A stretch of DNA of 64,000 nucleotides from the human T2T-CHM13v2.0 reference genome, Homo sapiens, in assembly GCF_009914755.1 (NCBI RefSeq), contig NC_060932.1, one strand, 5' to 3'. Both the position numbers and the translations under genes were made by a program. Each line of letters begins with the position of its first letter. Within the stretch, counting starts at the first letter, position 1. The notes under the pieces were generated by a model that was not told where the DNA came from, made no database searches, and saw only the letters and a program-made list of their open reading frames with translations. Of this stretch, positions 1 to 13,465 are shown piece by piece.

Positions 1-1545
1 TTTGCAATGACTTCCTTCTTGATTCAAAGTAAAAACAAATAACCTCATAATGGCCCATGAGGGCCTTCATGGCCTGACCCCTGATACTTCTCAAATCTCC
101 TCTGTCATTGCTCTTCCTTCTGCTAACTCCCTTGCCCTGCACTGGCCTGAGGTAGACCTACCCAGAACCAGAAGATAAACTGCTGGGAATATTTTCATAT
201 CTGATGTGGGGACAGGACATGGGACAATTGGACTTTTCTCAGGGGAGACACCTTACATGTCTTCAGTGAGGAGAAATCACTGGGTCCTTGGTCAACTGGA
301 TGCCCATGCTCATTGTTGGAAGCTGAAATTATCAGAAACAAGAACAAGTTCCCAGAATATCTGGGATGTAAGGCTATGAATGGGCTTTTGCTGCATTTGT
401 GCAGATGAAGGAAATTTTTAGGCTTTTTCACTGTCATACAGTCACCTGAGGCTTGAAGTGGGTAAGTTTTATTTGGACAGAAATATGCAGTTGCAGAGTG
501 GGTACACTTACCATAACCACAAAGTTGTCCATACGCCTTTGTGATGCTAGACATGGACTTTGCAGCCAGATTGTTGTGTTCTAGAAGAGCAGTCTACCCT
601 GGTTCTCAGAGGCTACAGGCAATGTTTCCACAGTGAATTGTGTCCATGAGTGTATCACTTCCAGCTTGCCCAGTGTTAGCCATCTTTGTCCTTTGATTTA
701 CAGAGTAAATTGTGGCAACCAGGACGGGTTTTTGTTTATTTTTGTGTATGTCTGGTTTTCAAGTAGGCTTATGTGCCAGATGCTGATGGTATCCTGCAAG
801 TGTCCTTCCTCCCTACTTCTGAGTTCACCTGCAGTTCATAGATAATTCTCAGCATGCTGGCAGCTCTCCACCTTCATTGGCAGTGCTTCTGTTTCTCTAT
901 CAGAGACTTTTCTTCCCCCTGTTTCATCTCTCCACTCTCTAAGTTGTGTTTTCTGGGAATGCTTTCTGAATAAACCACCTACACTCAACATCTCATCTCT
1001 ATTTTTGTGGACGCCCAAATTAAGACAACTTGTTGTGTGGGCATGGGATGGAGTCAAAAGCTATCACTCACTGAACATTTTCTGTGTCCTAGATCCTTTG
1101 CTAAGTACTCTACTGACATCATTCCAGATAATGACCTTTCAAGATAGGTATAATTGTCCCCATTTTACAGATGCTTACCATAAAAGGGTTAAGTAACCCT
1201 CTCAAGGTTCTTTCTCTCACATGAAGAAACATTCCTTCCCACTGTACTGACAGTAGAGAGAGGAAAACTTATATAAGCTTTACTAATTTCCTCTCCCATC
1301 AACTCACAGTGTTTTTGATTCACTTATTCTTTCTTCAGCCCACGTGGTCTGAGAAGTGAAGTTTCTCCAAAGGAAGTAACCTGAGACTCAGGGGTAGGTG
1401 GTCCTGGTTAAGTTCAAATTGTGACTCTTTCCCTTATTAGTGTTTGACCTTGAGCAGATTTCTTTATGTTTCCGAGCCTCAATTTCCCCATGTATAAAAT
1501 GGGAATTACAATGACTTAAAATTTTAGTGACTGAATAACACTTTA

Positions 1546-1857
<312 letters not shown>

Positions 1858-2503
1858 TTAAACCTGTGTAGTGGCTGGTACCAAGGAGGTGTTCAATTCC
1901 CATTGTGTTGTCTTTGCGGCTATGGGTTTTATTTTGTATTTGATTATTTTCTTCCCCTGGGTCTTTATGCCATCGATTACCTATTTTCTTTCTTTTGTCT
2001 TTATTCTTTCCCTCTCAACCCTTCTTTTCTCACATTTTATAAATATACTCAAGCCTCCCCTATCATTCCCTCCTGCAACCGATAACAAACTCTCTTTACT
2101 TGTCATTGATTTCGTCAACACTTGGACCTTCATTTTTCCTGCAGCTCTTTGCCTTTCTTTTAAAAGAGTTCCTCAACTTTACCTATATTACATAAATTCG
2201 GTGGGCTCTTTCCTATCCATATCCTGCGTTACCTCAACATCTTGGTATTACTCTATATGATGGCCACCCCCTCTCATTTCTCCCCCTTTTAATTCCATGA
2301 CCCTCTTTTCATTTCTATCTACATTGATCATGGTTTCTTGGACGCTCCTTACATTTTCCTCTTCCTCTGCATACCTTTCAAGGCAGATCTTTCCCAAAGT
2401 TCATGCTTTTCCAAGCTTTGCTTTTTTATCACAGAGCCCCTTGGGTGGTGAGCTCACTCGTGCCATGATTTCATCCTAGTTACTTTTCTGTTTCCTAAAG
2501 CTA

Positions 2504-2877
2504 TGTAGCAGTCTTCCTTCCTCCCTGGCTTTCTGTTGGGTTCAGGCAACAGTAGATACCAGTAGAGGATCAGAAGAGGGAAAGAGAGTGAGGTTGCAGT
2601 CTTTATTCCCTTAGCTCCCTCCCTGCTGGTTCACTACCAGATTGCTGTGTCCAATGCCCAAGGTCATAGTCCCTATCACATGGCCCTCTCCATAAAGCTC
2701 CATCTGGGTTCTGGCCCTTGTCGGGCTGTTGCTAGCTTTGCAGGACTGTACCATGCCAATTTGATTTAACTAAACTATGACCAAATCTTTGTAAGCAAAC
2801 CCTTTATTAAAATCTCCTCCACTTACCTAGTATGTGTATGATTTTCTTATTTCTCCACCTGGATCTTAACTGAGACA
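2504..2877 (+). mobile_element. Old ERVL-type solo LTR (LTR33-like)
   Basis: TG...CA ends and attaaa signal; family from recalled motifs only. Confidence 0.5.
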
Positions 2878-3019
2878 ACCACACATTATATAACCCCTGG
2901 AGAAGCATGCAGGAAAGGAACTTGAGTGAGAAAACTTAGGTAAATTAAATGAATATAAACATATTTATCCCCTGCTTAGCTAGCAAGGACTTTTATTCAA
3001 AATAAAAGATTCTAATGGA

Positions 3020-3270
3020 TTAGTAGCTAAGAATAAATGCTCTGGAGTCAGACTTCCTGCTCTGAATCCTGGCTGTGCCATTTACTAGCTATGTGACCCT
3101 GGACAAATGACTAAATTCTCTATAGTTCAGTGTCCCTATCTATAAAGTAGGGATGATAATAGTTCTGAGTGCCAAGATTTATTGTGAAGAGTAAATGAGA
3201 TGATTCACAGAGAATACTAAGTAAAATGTCTGGCACATGTAACTGCTCAGTAAATATTAGCTATTATTCT
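3020..3270 (+). mobile_element. MIR SINE (one example of many MIR fragments in the window)
   Basis: ctctggagtcagac...gaatcctggctgtgccatttactagctatgtgaccctggacaa...tgctcagtaaatattagctattatt. Confidence 0.8.
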
Positions 3271-3439
3271 TATGTCTCACAGAACTGAGCTTGGGAGAGG
3301 CTGATAAAGCCTAGGTCCAGAGATTAAGCAATCACCCTTATTAGCTGGAGGGAGGTTTCTGAGCTCTAATATTTGCTTCATCAGTCCCTAAAGACAATAC
3401 CAAGTTCATGCTAACTTTGAGAATGCCCTAGTTACCTAG

Positions 3440-3981
3440 TGTGGCAGACAGGTTTAAGATGGTCTCAATTATATCTTATGTAGTAATACCCTCCCCTTGA
3501 GCATAGGCAAAATCTGTGAATTCCTGTTAATCAATAAAATATGGCAAAGGTAATGGGCTGTCAGTTTTATGATATGTTACATAAGATTGCAACTTTCATC
3601 TTGCCAGCAGACTCTCCCTTGCTTATTTTGATGAAGCAAGCTGCTATGTTGTGAGCTGACCTATGGAGAAGGCTATGTGACAAGGAACTGAGAGCAATCT
3701 CTGCCCAACAGCCAGCAAAAAACTGATGTCCTCAGTCTAACAACCCTCAAAGAACTAAATTGTTCCTAATGTGAGACCAGAAGTGGATTCTTCCCCAGTT
3801 GAGCCTCAGATAAGACCACAGCTCCAGCCAACACCTTGGTTGAATCTTGTAAGACCCTAAAGCAGAGGACCCAGTTAAGCTGTTCTTGGATTCCTGGTCA
3901 GCAGAAACTATGAGATAATAAATTTGTATTGTTTTTAACCACTAAGTTTGTGGCAATATTTTTGTAGCAATAGATAACACA
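3440..3981 (+). mobile_element. MaLR solo LTR (MLT1 family)
   Basis: tgtggcagac...gaaactatgagataataaatttgtattgtttttaaccactaagtttgtgg...gcaatagataacaca; 5-bp TSD ccta[g/a]. Confidence 0.85.
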
Positions 3982-5334
3982 CCTAAAATGTAGCGCATTT
4001 ACTCATTGTTTCATTCTTTAGCACTTACAGTCACCATGATAGTTTCTGAGGACAAAGATTAGATCGCTATGTTGGCCGGTGCTGCAAGTCCCCAAAATGG
4101 GACCATGGGAGGGAGTGGAATTGTAGGGAGTGGAAGCAGGAGGGTAGGACATGAGTTCTTGGGCGATGGCATTAGTTACCAATAAAAAAGGCAGTATGAT
4201 TCTTTCTCCTAATGAGAGGAACTGAGACCAGGCAGCTGGGAGAATCTTGTCAGTCTCTAGATACGAGAGGAATAGTTTCTTTGAAAGGAAAAGTTCAAAA
4301 TTGAATTCTGAGAACCATGATCAGGATGGAAGGCAGAAGTCAGAAGGGAGGGTGCAGTTTCAGACCGTGGATCTGGGAAGAGATTTCTTCACTGCACCGT
4401 CATCTCCTTAACTTAAGGACAGAAAGTTCCAAAGAGCCCTAATATACCTTCAAGGCCTCATCTGCCTGGATCAGTCTCCTTCTTGCTTTCTGCATTCCAA
4501 GCACACTGCCTTCTTACTACATCTGGAATGCTCCCTGTTTACCCAGGGCATAAATCCCACTGAGTTGCTTGCCAGAGGCAATGGAGACCATAAGAACAAG
4601 AATGTAAAAATGCAACTTTGCTTTGAACAGAACTTCTAAACTAAGCCTGTCTCATGCCTCTTTGCACATCCTCTTCCCAATGTCTGGCAGGCCTGTCTTC
4701 TCTACTTCCTTCTTCATTTTTGGCTTTGTGAAGTCATCCTTAAATATTCCATTCATACCTCATGCTCTGCATGAAGCGTTTTCTATACCTCTAATATGAG
4801 CCAGTGCCATGCTTTGTGTTTCCACAGAACCCTTGATTATCTCATTCATCATGCTTCTCACAGAACTGAAATGATCTTAAGGCCAATACCACATTAAATT
4901 GTAAAATACTGCATCTCCGATGCTTGGTATATGGTAGATATCCAATTAATATTTCTTAAATACATGTTTCTTGAAGTGAACTGAATAGAAGAAAAAAAAC
5001 AAGAATTCTAATCAATACCCAAATGTTTAAGGAAACAGAGTTGGCAAACTGGCCTATGAAGGGATTATACCCACCAATGGTCCAATTGATAATAGAGAAA
5101 TATTTAGGACACGTTCTTGTTTGCTGCATTTGAAATGTGTACCACTAGTAGATAACTCTTGCCAACACTTTATGCTATTAAACTGCTGCCACATATATAT
5201 TTGTAACTCCAATGACTCCCAGGGGAACTTTGTGGTTCCCTTACTTTATTCCCTGTGCAACAACTACACTTGGGTTAGACGTAGTCATTACTCAATACTA
5301 ACAAGGAGATCTACAGGATCAATCATAGTATTCT

Positions 5335-5721
5335 TGTGGTGAGCAAAGAAATATATTCAACACATTTCCTCATGCTGGGCATTCATGAAGACTACATTTC
5401 CCAGCCTCCCTTGCAGATTGCCCCCATACCATGTGACTGAGTTTAAGCAATGAGTTTGTGAGTGGGAATGATGAGTCACTTTGAGTCCAAGGCAGGAAGA
5501 TGTGGGTATGGCTTTTCTAGAGCCTCTCCTCCTGGCAATCTGGCTAGAAGTGAAGGACTCCAGCTCTTCAGTAGCCCAAATCCTTGCATCACTCTTTGAA
5601 ACTCAGACAATCTACACTGGACTGTGATTTGAGCAAGAAATAAATCTTTGTTGCATTAGGCCGTTGATATTTAGAGCTTTTCCGTTAGCAACAGTCAGTG
5701 TTGTTTATGATAAATAATACA
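5335..5721 (+). mobile_element. MaLR solo LTR (MLT1J/I-like) just past the KCNQ3 poly(A) site
   Basis: actacatttcccagcctcccttgcag...gagcaagaaataaatctttg...aataca. Confidence 0.75.
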
Positions 5722-5781
5722 ATCTCATAAAAGTTGTTTTGAAGCAAATAACATTCCTCCACATAATCACTGAAATGTCTA

Positions 5782-5809
5782 TTTATTAATAAGTGGTGCA
5801 GTATTTATT
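5782..5809 (-). terminator. Tandem AATAAA poly(A) signals, likely distal 3' end of KCNQ3
   Basis: tttatt at 5782-5787 and 5804-5809 on +; upstream UGUA motifs (taca near 5912-5935) and a GU/U-rich stretch downstream on the minus strand. Confidence 0.7.
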
Positions 5810-7034
5810 TAAGATAGAACATAAAAAATCAGGTAAGAATTATTTGCATAATATATATGGAAATCAACCTATTAAAGTTGTTCAAATATTGGACAGAGCC
5901 AGAATATAAATTACACATACAGTTTAAAAATTACAGGAAATCATATTATAAAGAGCACTAAAGGCCACTTGTGGAATAGTTGTGTTCCCCTGTAAGCCAG
6001 AATGTGAAGAAAGCCTACTTGTAGCACAGAGACAAACCCAGGGAGCAAGGCACCAGAATTCTATGCCATAAAAAGGGGTTAAAAAATACAATCCAAAATC
6101 AAATATAATGGATTCATGTCACTGGGAACCTCCATTTGTTCTTCAAAGACTGGTGTTTTCCATCACTGCTACATTAGAAAAAGAAGGAAAAAAAATAGCC
6201 ATATCCTATCTGAAGCAAGGCAGAGATCATTTTTCTCTTTAAAACAAGGAAGGACTGACAAATCTGATGAAGTCCACCTATCTTTCTAAGTTGATTTTTC
6301 AGGATGGCACAGAGCCGACTTCACCTCTCCAACAGCAAATCTCTGATCCTTGGCAAAATGGCTGCCCCAAATCTTGCAACTTGGCCACCACCTGGACTCT
6401 TAACCCTCAGGGGAACTATGGGGGTGGGAACTGCCCCCTCCTTGGAAAAGTATTCAGAGGGGTATAGAAGGGCCCAATTACCAGATCAGGTTGGCTTCCA
6501 TGGGAAACCTTGATCTTTTAATACTGAGAAAGAGAGACACAACTGTTCTGAGCTTTTGGCCTCCCACAGAATGTTTTTATAGACTCACCTGTTTCTGCAG
6601 AATTTCAGAGCTCAGAAATAAAGGTACAGTCTAGAGACAAAAGACCAGAGTCAGCAGAGACGTGGAGATATTTGAACTTGTTTGGTTAAAAACAATGACA
6701 GGAGCTCCTTGGGGGCAGAGAACAAGGGGCACTTGTGGATGATCTGCAGCCACACCAAGCCCCGAGAGCTAATGGATTCCAATGTGAACCAGGTGAATAA
6801 TTTATGAGGCATTATTTTCTGCCACTGACAGCTGGATTGTGAAGCCACTCAAAGGACCTGCTGAACAGACAAGAGGAACAGCTGACCCAGGCATCACTCT
6901 ACTCTCCAGGGAACTCATGGGTCTGTGATCATTTTACTGTAAAGCTAAGTGAACGTAGAAGCCCGAAGCATTGTGGAGGAGCTAGGGCCTGATTTGAGAG
7001 GAAGAAGGGGGAGAGAGAATGAGCCTTCCAGGTA

Positions 7035-7215
7035 CACGGGCTTTGGTTAAATATGCAGCTCTACTTCTTACAATGTGTGACCTTTGACAAGGCCTTGTCT
7101 TCAGTTTCCTCATCTATAAGATGGAGACAATAACGTCTCCCTCATGGGGTTGCGATGAGGATTGCATGAACTTTAGAGAGAGCTATCATGTCACAAGCAA
7201 CTCATAAGGAGCGCT
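7035..7215 (+). mobile_element. MIR within the KCNQ3 3'UTR
   Basis: tgtgtgacctttgacaag...cagtttcctcatctataagatggagacaataac. Confidence 0.7.
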
Positions 7216-10200
7216 TAGGATAAGTTTCTCTCCCCTTCCCTGACCTCACTTTTGTGGGCAGAGGAAGAGAAGGGAACATTAACATAAAATATGCTCTCAT
7301 TTTTTATTACTCTTAGGTATCAAATTGCAGTCCATTCGACAAGTCTAAGAGGAATTACAAATACATTCCTGAGCACTGAGCTGGGCTTTTGACTACCTCA
7401 TTGTAAGCCATTCTCAAGTTATTCTTATATACAGCCGATTTTTGGCGGTGTCAAAGAAATTCATTATTTCCCTTGAAGCTTATTTTAAGCCCATAACAGT
7501 GCTATCTGGAGGATGAAGGCTTAGGTAGAATGACAATCTTTAAAATTACTGGGCCAACTATTGTTGTTCTAGAACTTGACCATCCTTCTTTCTGAATATC
7601 TCTTAGGAGCTTTCACTTCAGCCTGACTCAGGAGAACTGAAACATCCTACCACAGGGATTCACAAGGACTGCTGGGGAGCCCTGCCAAATTCTGGCCGAT
7701 TTATCCCGAGAACAATGTAAGTGGAAACTAACAATGAAGATGTTCATTTGAGCCAACAGAGGCCTGTTTACTTCCTAAAATAATCTCTTAGTTACATAAC
7801 CATAAGATGTCCTAAGTTGAGTCCTGTTTGCTTCTTTGTAGCTTTTGGTGAAGGCCCTAGAGTATCTGCTTATGTCCTGACAACATGGGGATTCTCTGGG
7901 ACAAGGCAAGAGGACCCAAGCTGTGTTCAAATGAGACCCAGAGATCCCAGTGCAAAGGGACACCTTTGGTAAAACTGGCCACTTTGGGTCATATAGATCC
8001 CAAAAGAAATCATGCCTGACTTCCTAAAATCAAAACCATAGGGATTTATCAAGAAGAAACCCTGTTTAATTGGCCTATAGATGAGGATGCAACCTAAGGC
8101 ATGACTGTTGCTGAATGAGCCCAAGTGATGGGCCAAAAAGGTGAACCAGTCCAAACATGGCAGGACCAAGAAGGAACAAGGTAGGAGAGGGCAGAGGGGT
8201 GGAGGGCAGAGAGGTGGAGGGGAGGAGTGCCTGCAGGGCCATGGGATTGTTCTTCATTCCCTTTCTCAACTGCACCCAGCAGCAGTGGTTTTTGCTAGGC
8301 CTTTTGAAGACAGCAGGAATCTGGGAGAAGGAACATCATCGTCTTTCACAGCATGGAAACATCAATCTTATTCCAGAGAAGGGAAGAAGTCCCCAAAGGT
8401 ATGTCCGGTTTAACAGTTTCTCAAGTGGGCCAGGAAGTTCTTTTTCATGTTCTGGGCTCAATCGTGATGCTTTGATTTCACTTGGTATTTTACTTTTAGT
8501 TTTGTCTCTAACATCTGGAGCAAAGATCAGAAGACCTGAGTTCCAGATTTATTCTGTGACTCAATCACTGCTTCAATCACTGAGGGACGTGGTGTGATGT
8601 TCTTTGCTCTGAGCTTCTGCTTCTTGATCTAAAAAGACAGGTGGTTGTTCTGGGTGATCAAAATCTCTTCTTGCTCTGTGTATCTTAGAATCCATGAAAT
8701 TATGTCTCTTTGCATCTATGATAACAAATCAAAATATGAATCACAATTTTCTTACAGGGTTGCTGAGGTTAAAGCCGTGAAAGCCTGGGAACAAATCTCC
8801 CCAGGGAAGGTTTAAGCAAGCATTAACTCTTTCTTCTGCAAGTTCCCCCATTCATTGCTAGGGTGTTGTCTGATAGCCACCATGCACAGTTGACTTTCCT
8901 TGGGAAATCATGAGTCTTTTATTTTTGCAATTTGGCTTTATCTCCTACACATCATCCAGATGGTGCAACATCTGGTACTATATGTCCAATGGAATTGCCA
9001 CAACTCAGCCACTGAGATCCAACATTCCTGCCTCTCTTCATTCCAAGATTCCTTCTGTTCTTTATTGTGGTAGACAAGAGCAAGCATTTTTATTTGCAGA
9101 GATGTACTTATTTAAAAAGCAATTGTGAAAGCATTTGATTTAATAATTAGGATTGTTTCTCCACGATTCTTTTTCTGAAAAAAAATTTTTTTGGTGTAAA
9201 TTTAGAGTTCATAAGTAACACCAAAGACTGAGACAATGAAGTCCATGCATACTGTAAAAAAATAACATAAATAACAGTCCCTAGTATGCATCAGTCATTG
9301 TACTAGAGGCTTTGTGTGTACATTGATTGTCTCACTTGAAAATCAAAACACGGCAGAAGAGTCAAATGCTTTTGAATGTGCTGAAACTCAAATTTTCTTC
9401 CAGGTCATCTCTGTATGATTCCTGTCTCTTTTACACTGCCATTACTGGCTTCTAAAACCACTAAAGCTATGCAGATAGCCTGGTCCTAACATGTTCTAAA
9501 CTGGGCATTAGTGAGGGGCTGCCTGCTGGCTTGTTTAGGGGCCAGTTGGCTCAGTTTGGAATGGTTTAATATCAGCAACAATAGCATTGGGTTGATTTGA
9601 ATATAAACAACTTAGACTTTAAAAGTTCATCCTGAAAAACAAGCCTTCAAGGACAAGTGAGGACATGAAGCAAATTCCTAAGGATGCCTGGGGTTCAGGA
9701 AGCAAAGAAGAATCTTTGGTTATTCATGAAAACCAAATACCAGCTATGTGGCATCTTCTGGGAAAGCACAGGGGTGGGAGAATCCTGGGGTGTGTTTGGC
9801 AGCACTGTCCAAAGTACAGTTGACTTCTTAGGCTGCTGAACAAATTTCTTCTCTTGCCCCAGGAGAATTTGATCTGCAGGTTCCCATAAGTAGAGTAACA
9901 TCTTTCTCTTGAAATAGGTGCTGTGTCAAAGTCTGTATCATAAGCTTCTCTTGGTCAACATAATGAAATGAAAGTAACTCAGCTCCTTGACTGGTATCAA
10001 TCTTAGCAGGGATTAGGAGACAAGAAGAAAGCTGGTTTCTCCAACAATCTTCCTCAGATTCCCTAGAATCCCCCCTTTTTGCACAGCTTCTCTGGAGCTA
10101 TGAAGTTCAAAGCATTGAATCCAAACTCGAAGTCCCCATTCAACCCACTCAGCCTTGACTGGGCTGATTGGATCATTGCCATTTTGATGTAGAATCTTTG

Positions 10201-13069
10201 CTCTCATTTTCATGTTCAATTTTCTATAGTTTCCAAGCTAGGAAGCATTTCTGTCTGTATAGAGTTGTTTGCAGGGATGAAATCAGGTATTTTATTTTCC
10301 TGGTAGACATAGTTTGAAGGGACCTCTGATGTTTGAGACCTCTAGATTCCTAGCATTTTGATGGCAGAAACTGTGGTTTTCTTATCTCTGAACTTCCAGT
10401 GCACTGCAAAGTTCTGGGCATATATTGGTGCTTAATAAACCCTGTTAAATGAATAAACAAATGATTTTTTCTTTATTACACCCCCATTTCAGTAGCATGG
10501 AATTATGAGGATGATTTTGCCAAATTATGAGTAGGTCCTATTAGATTAGGTTTTTCTACAGGAAATTATTCTTTTAAACTACAGTGTCTAGGAAGTACCT
10601 TGCACAAAATAGACACAGGATGCATAATTGTTGATTAATTAGTTCATTTTAACCTATACACCTTGGGGTTATCTAGTTATGTTTTCATGAAAACTAGGGC
10701 TTTGTAATATCAATGTCATGTCTAATAAGCCTAAATTTCCAGTTCTAAAAACAAAGTTATTCAACAACACTTTCTCAATTTGATGTGTTTTTCTTTTCCT
10801 GAAATAATTTTTTTCTTAAGCTTTTGATATTTGCTTTTGTGCTGACATTTGATAGTCAAAACTCAAACGATCTCAAGTACTTCTTTCTCAGCTCAATAGG
10901 ATCATGTTTCGCTTAACATTTGTGAAGTTGATTTATCTAATTCATTTTGATCTTGCTAAAATATGACCTTTAAAATTTTTCATGTCACATTGTGACCCAG
11001 AAAGACCAAATACATACATGAGATCATAGTTTTACCTGATAATATCACTCCTAGTTTGATGATGGAATTAATTTGTCAATATTTCATGGAGTTCTGCTGA
11101 AACGATTGCAATTTCTTGGGCAAGTTTCAGAACGACCAGCATATCTGTGGTCATGTCATCTTGGGTCATGTTAACCAGTTCCATTGGATTATCATGCTGT
11201 TCCCTTGTCTGACAAAAGGATCTTTGTGAAAGCACACACTGTTTCTTCCCATAACTCACATTCAATTCCAGACCCTGAATTTCTGCTTGCTCACTGTGAG
11301 CCATATTGTTGAGATTGTCTGTGCATAGGCAACTTGAGCAGGTTTGGTTTGCCTTTCTGGAATATATTTTTTGGGGAACAAAAGGAGAATATCAAAGCAG
11401 AGTTATTCCAGAAGATCATTTTTCTCTTTTCCTTTTTGTTTTCTTAAATGGGAAAAAAACAGCTCTTAAGGTTCTTATTATTTATTCATTCATAAAACAT
11501 GTATTTTGTCTATGTCTATACTGATAAAGACAACTTACTAGATGTTAGACAATCAATACTTCCCTACTACTGATCAATACAAACCCAATCTCTGCTGTCC
11601 TGGTCTTATGATCCAGCAGGGAAGCTAGACTGCCTGCCTATGGTTTAGGAAATAATACAAGCTCCAATCCTTTCTAGGTTATTAAAAGAATCTAAGGTAG
11701 TTCCTCCAATTTTGGATCAATGGTAAATACTTTAAGGTAGAACTCCATTGAGTTGCTGGAAAATGCATCATCTATTGGTAAAATACTTAAGATAGTAAGT
11801 TCTTCAAGAATACTAATAAGTAAGTTAAAAAATTAATTGGCGCATATGTGGAGAGTATGACTCACTCTCCTTTATTGTTGGTTTCCAGTAACTCATGTAC
11901 ATAAAGAAGAGCATAGTAACATGTTGGATGTTAGGCAGGTGATCATCTCAAGTGAAAGATTCCAGGAAGATCAGGATTCAATAATCAAGCCCTCAGGAAG
12001 GGGCATAGGGTTTCTTAGGTTGTAATCCCCACTGGCACTTTCAGCCATATTGAAGGAGTGGGGAAAAGGCCCAAATAACCCATGCCCTTTGTCCTTCAGA
12101 TTGCCAGCATGTCAAATGGAAGCCCGTGGGGCTTCATGTCTGATGCATTGAGCATTCTGGTATATTTCCCATCTCAGACTTCAAGGTCTACACCCATCCA
12201 TTTATGGGGCTCTCCATAAAAAACACCCTTCTGCTGCTCACAATGTCTGCCCTTGGCCTGGGACTTTGGGCTTTGGTTCTAAGTTCCTAAAGTCAGGGGT
12301 CAAGCTCTAATCATTACTGTATTCTGAGCTTTTTGTACAGTAACTGTTGACATGTGAGTTGAAAGGAACCTATCTCTGAGGAAGTGATTCCTCTCTCCAA
12401 CATAGTGCCAGACTCTCATATTAGGAAATGATGAAACCATCAACCAAATGTCTGCCATAGCTACTGTGGCTCTTGACAAGACTGTGAGGGAGAATAGCAG
12501 TGTCAGCTGCATACAGACATTTGTTTAGGTCATCTGGATTATCTTGATTGTCACCATGGCAACTATCCACAACCAGTGCCTAGGTGTGTGAGAAGAGTGA
12601 TACAATAATACTGTGGCATGGTCATTTAGCTAATTCAGTCTAAGCCTAACAGAAACCTTTTCCATCAAAGTTTTTCAGAGAATAACAACATCTCATAAGA
12701 GGCCAGAGGATGGCTTGTGCTTAATATCACACCTGTACAGTAGGGCAGTGCTTCCCAGGCTGTCTGCTTACATTTTAGCTTGTCTTACGGTTACATATGG
12801 TTTTAGTATTTTCATTTAAAAAATCTGGGTTGGTTCCATAAATTTGGAAAAGTAAAATTGGACGGTTCTGGAAATTTTGCCTGTTTACACATCTGTAAAT
12901 GTAGCTTGCTTGCATTATTTTTTTCTAGATCTGAAATGCATTGCATCAAGCAAGCATGTTTTGCAATAAAAGTGGAAATCCCCCTCCTGCTGGATAAACT
13001 GGGTGCTTTCCACGCGACACAAAGTCATATATCTTGACACAATCTCTAGGATGCATTATATAAATGGAA

Positions 13070-13235
13070 GAATGGTGTGGTGAGGGGAAACAAGGTCAGG
13101 GAGAGTGGGCAGACCTGACTTTTGAGTCCTGGTTCTCTATGGGACAACTGAGTGACTCTGGGTATGTCACTTTACCTGAGCCTAAGATTCTTCATTTATA
13201 AAAGGAAGTCCTTGGACTAGAAAATTTCTGTGTGC
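13070..13235 (+). mobile_element. MIR within the KCNQ3 3'UTR
   Basis: agacctg...gagtcctggttctc...gtgactctggg...ctgagcctaagattcttcatttataaaagg. Confidence 0.6.
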
Positions 13236-13412
13236 CTTCTTGACTTTAATTTCTATTTTAGATGGATATTTTGTACTTCAGTATCATGGGAAGAAATGAG
13301 AGTTGGAAATTCATTTTAAAGGCACTGAACTCAGCTCCTGCCCAGAGGGGCACTTCACTTCTGATAAATTCCATTGTCCTTGGCTACATAAATTGGAAAC
13401 TATTTTAACTTT

Positions 13413-13418
<6 letters not shown>

Positions 13419-13460
<42 letters not shown>
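13419..13460. repeat. (GT)21 microsatellite in the 3'UTR; reads (CA)n in the mRNA
   Basis: Read directly. Confidence 0.97.
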
Positions 13461-13465
<5 letters not shown>

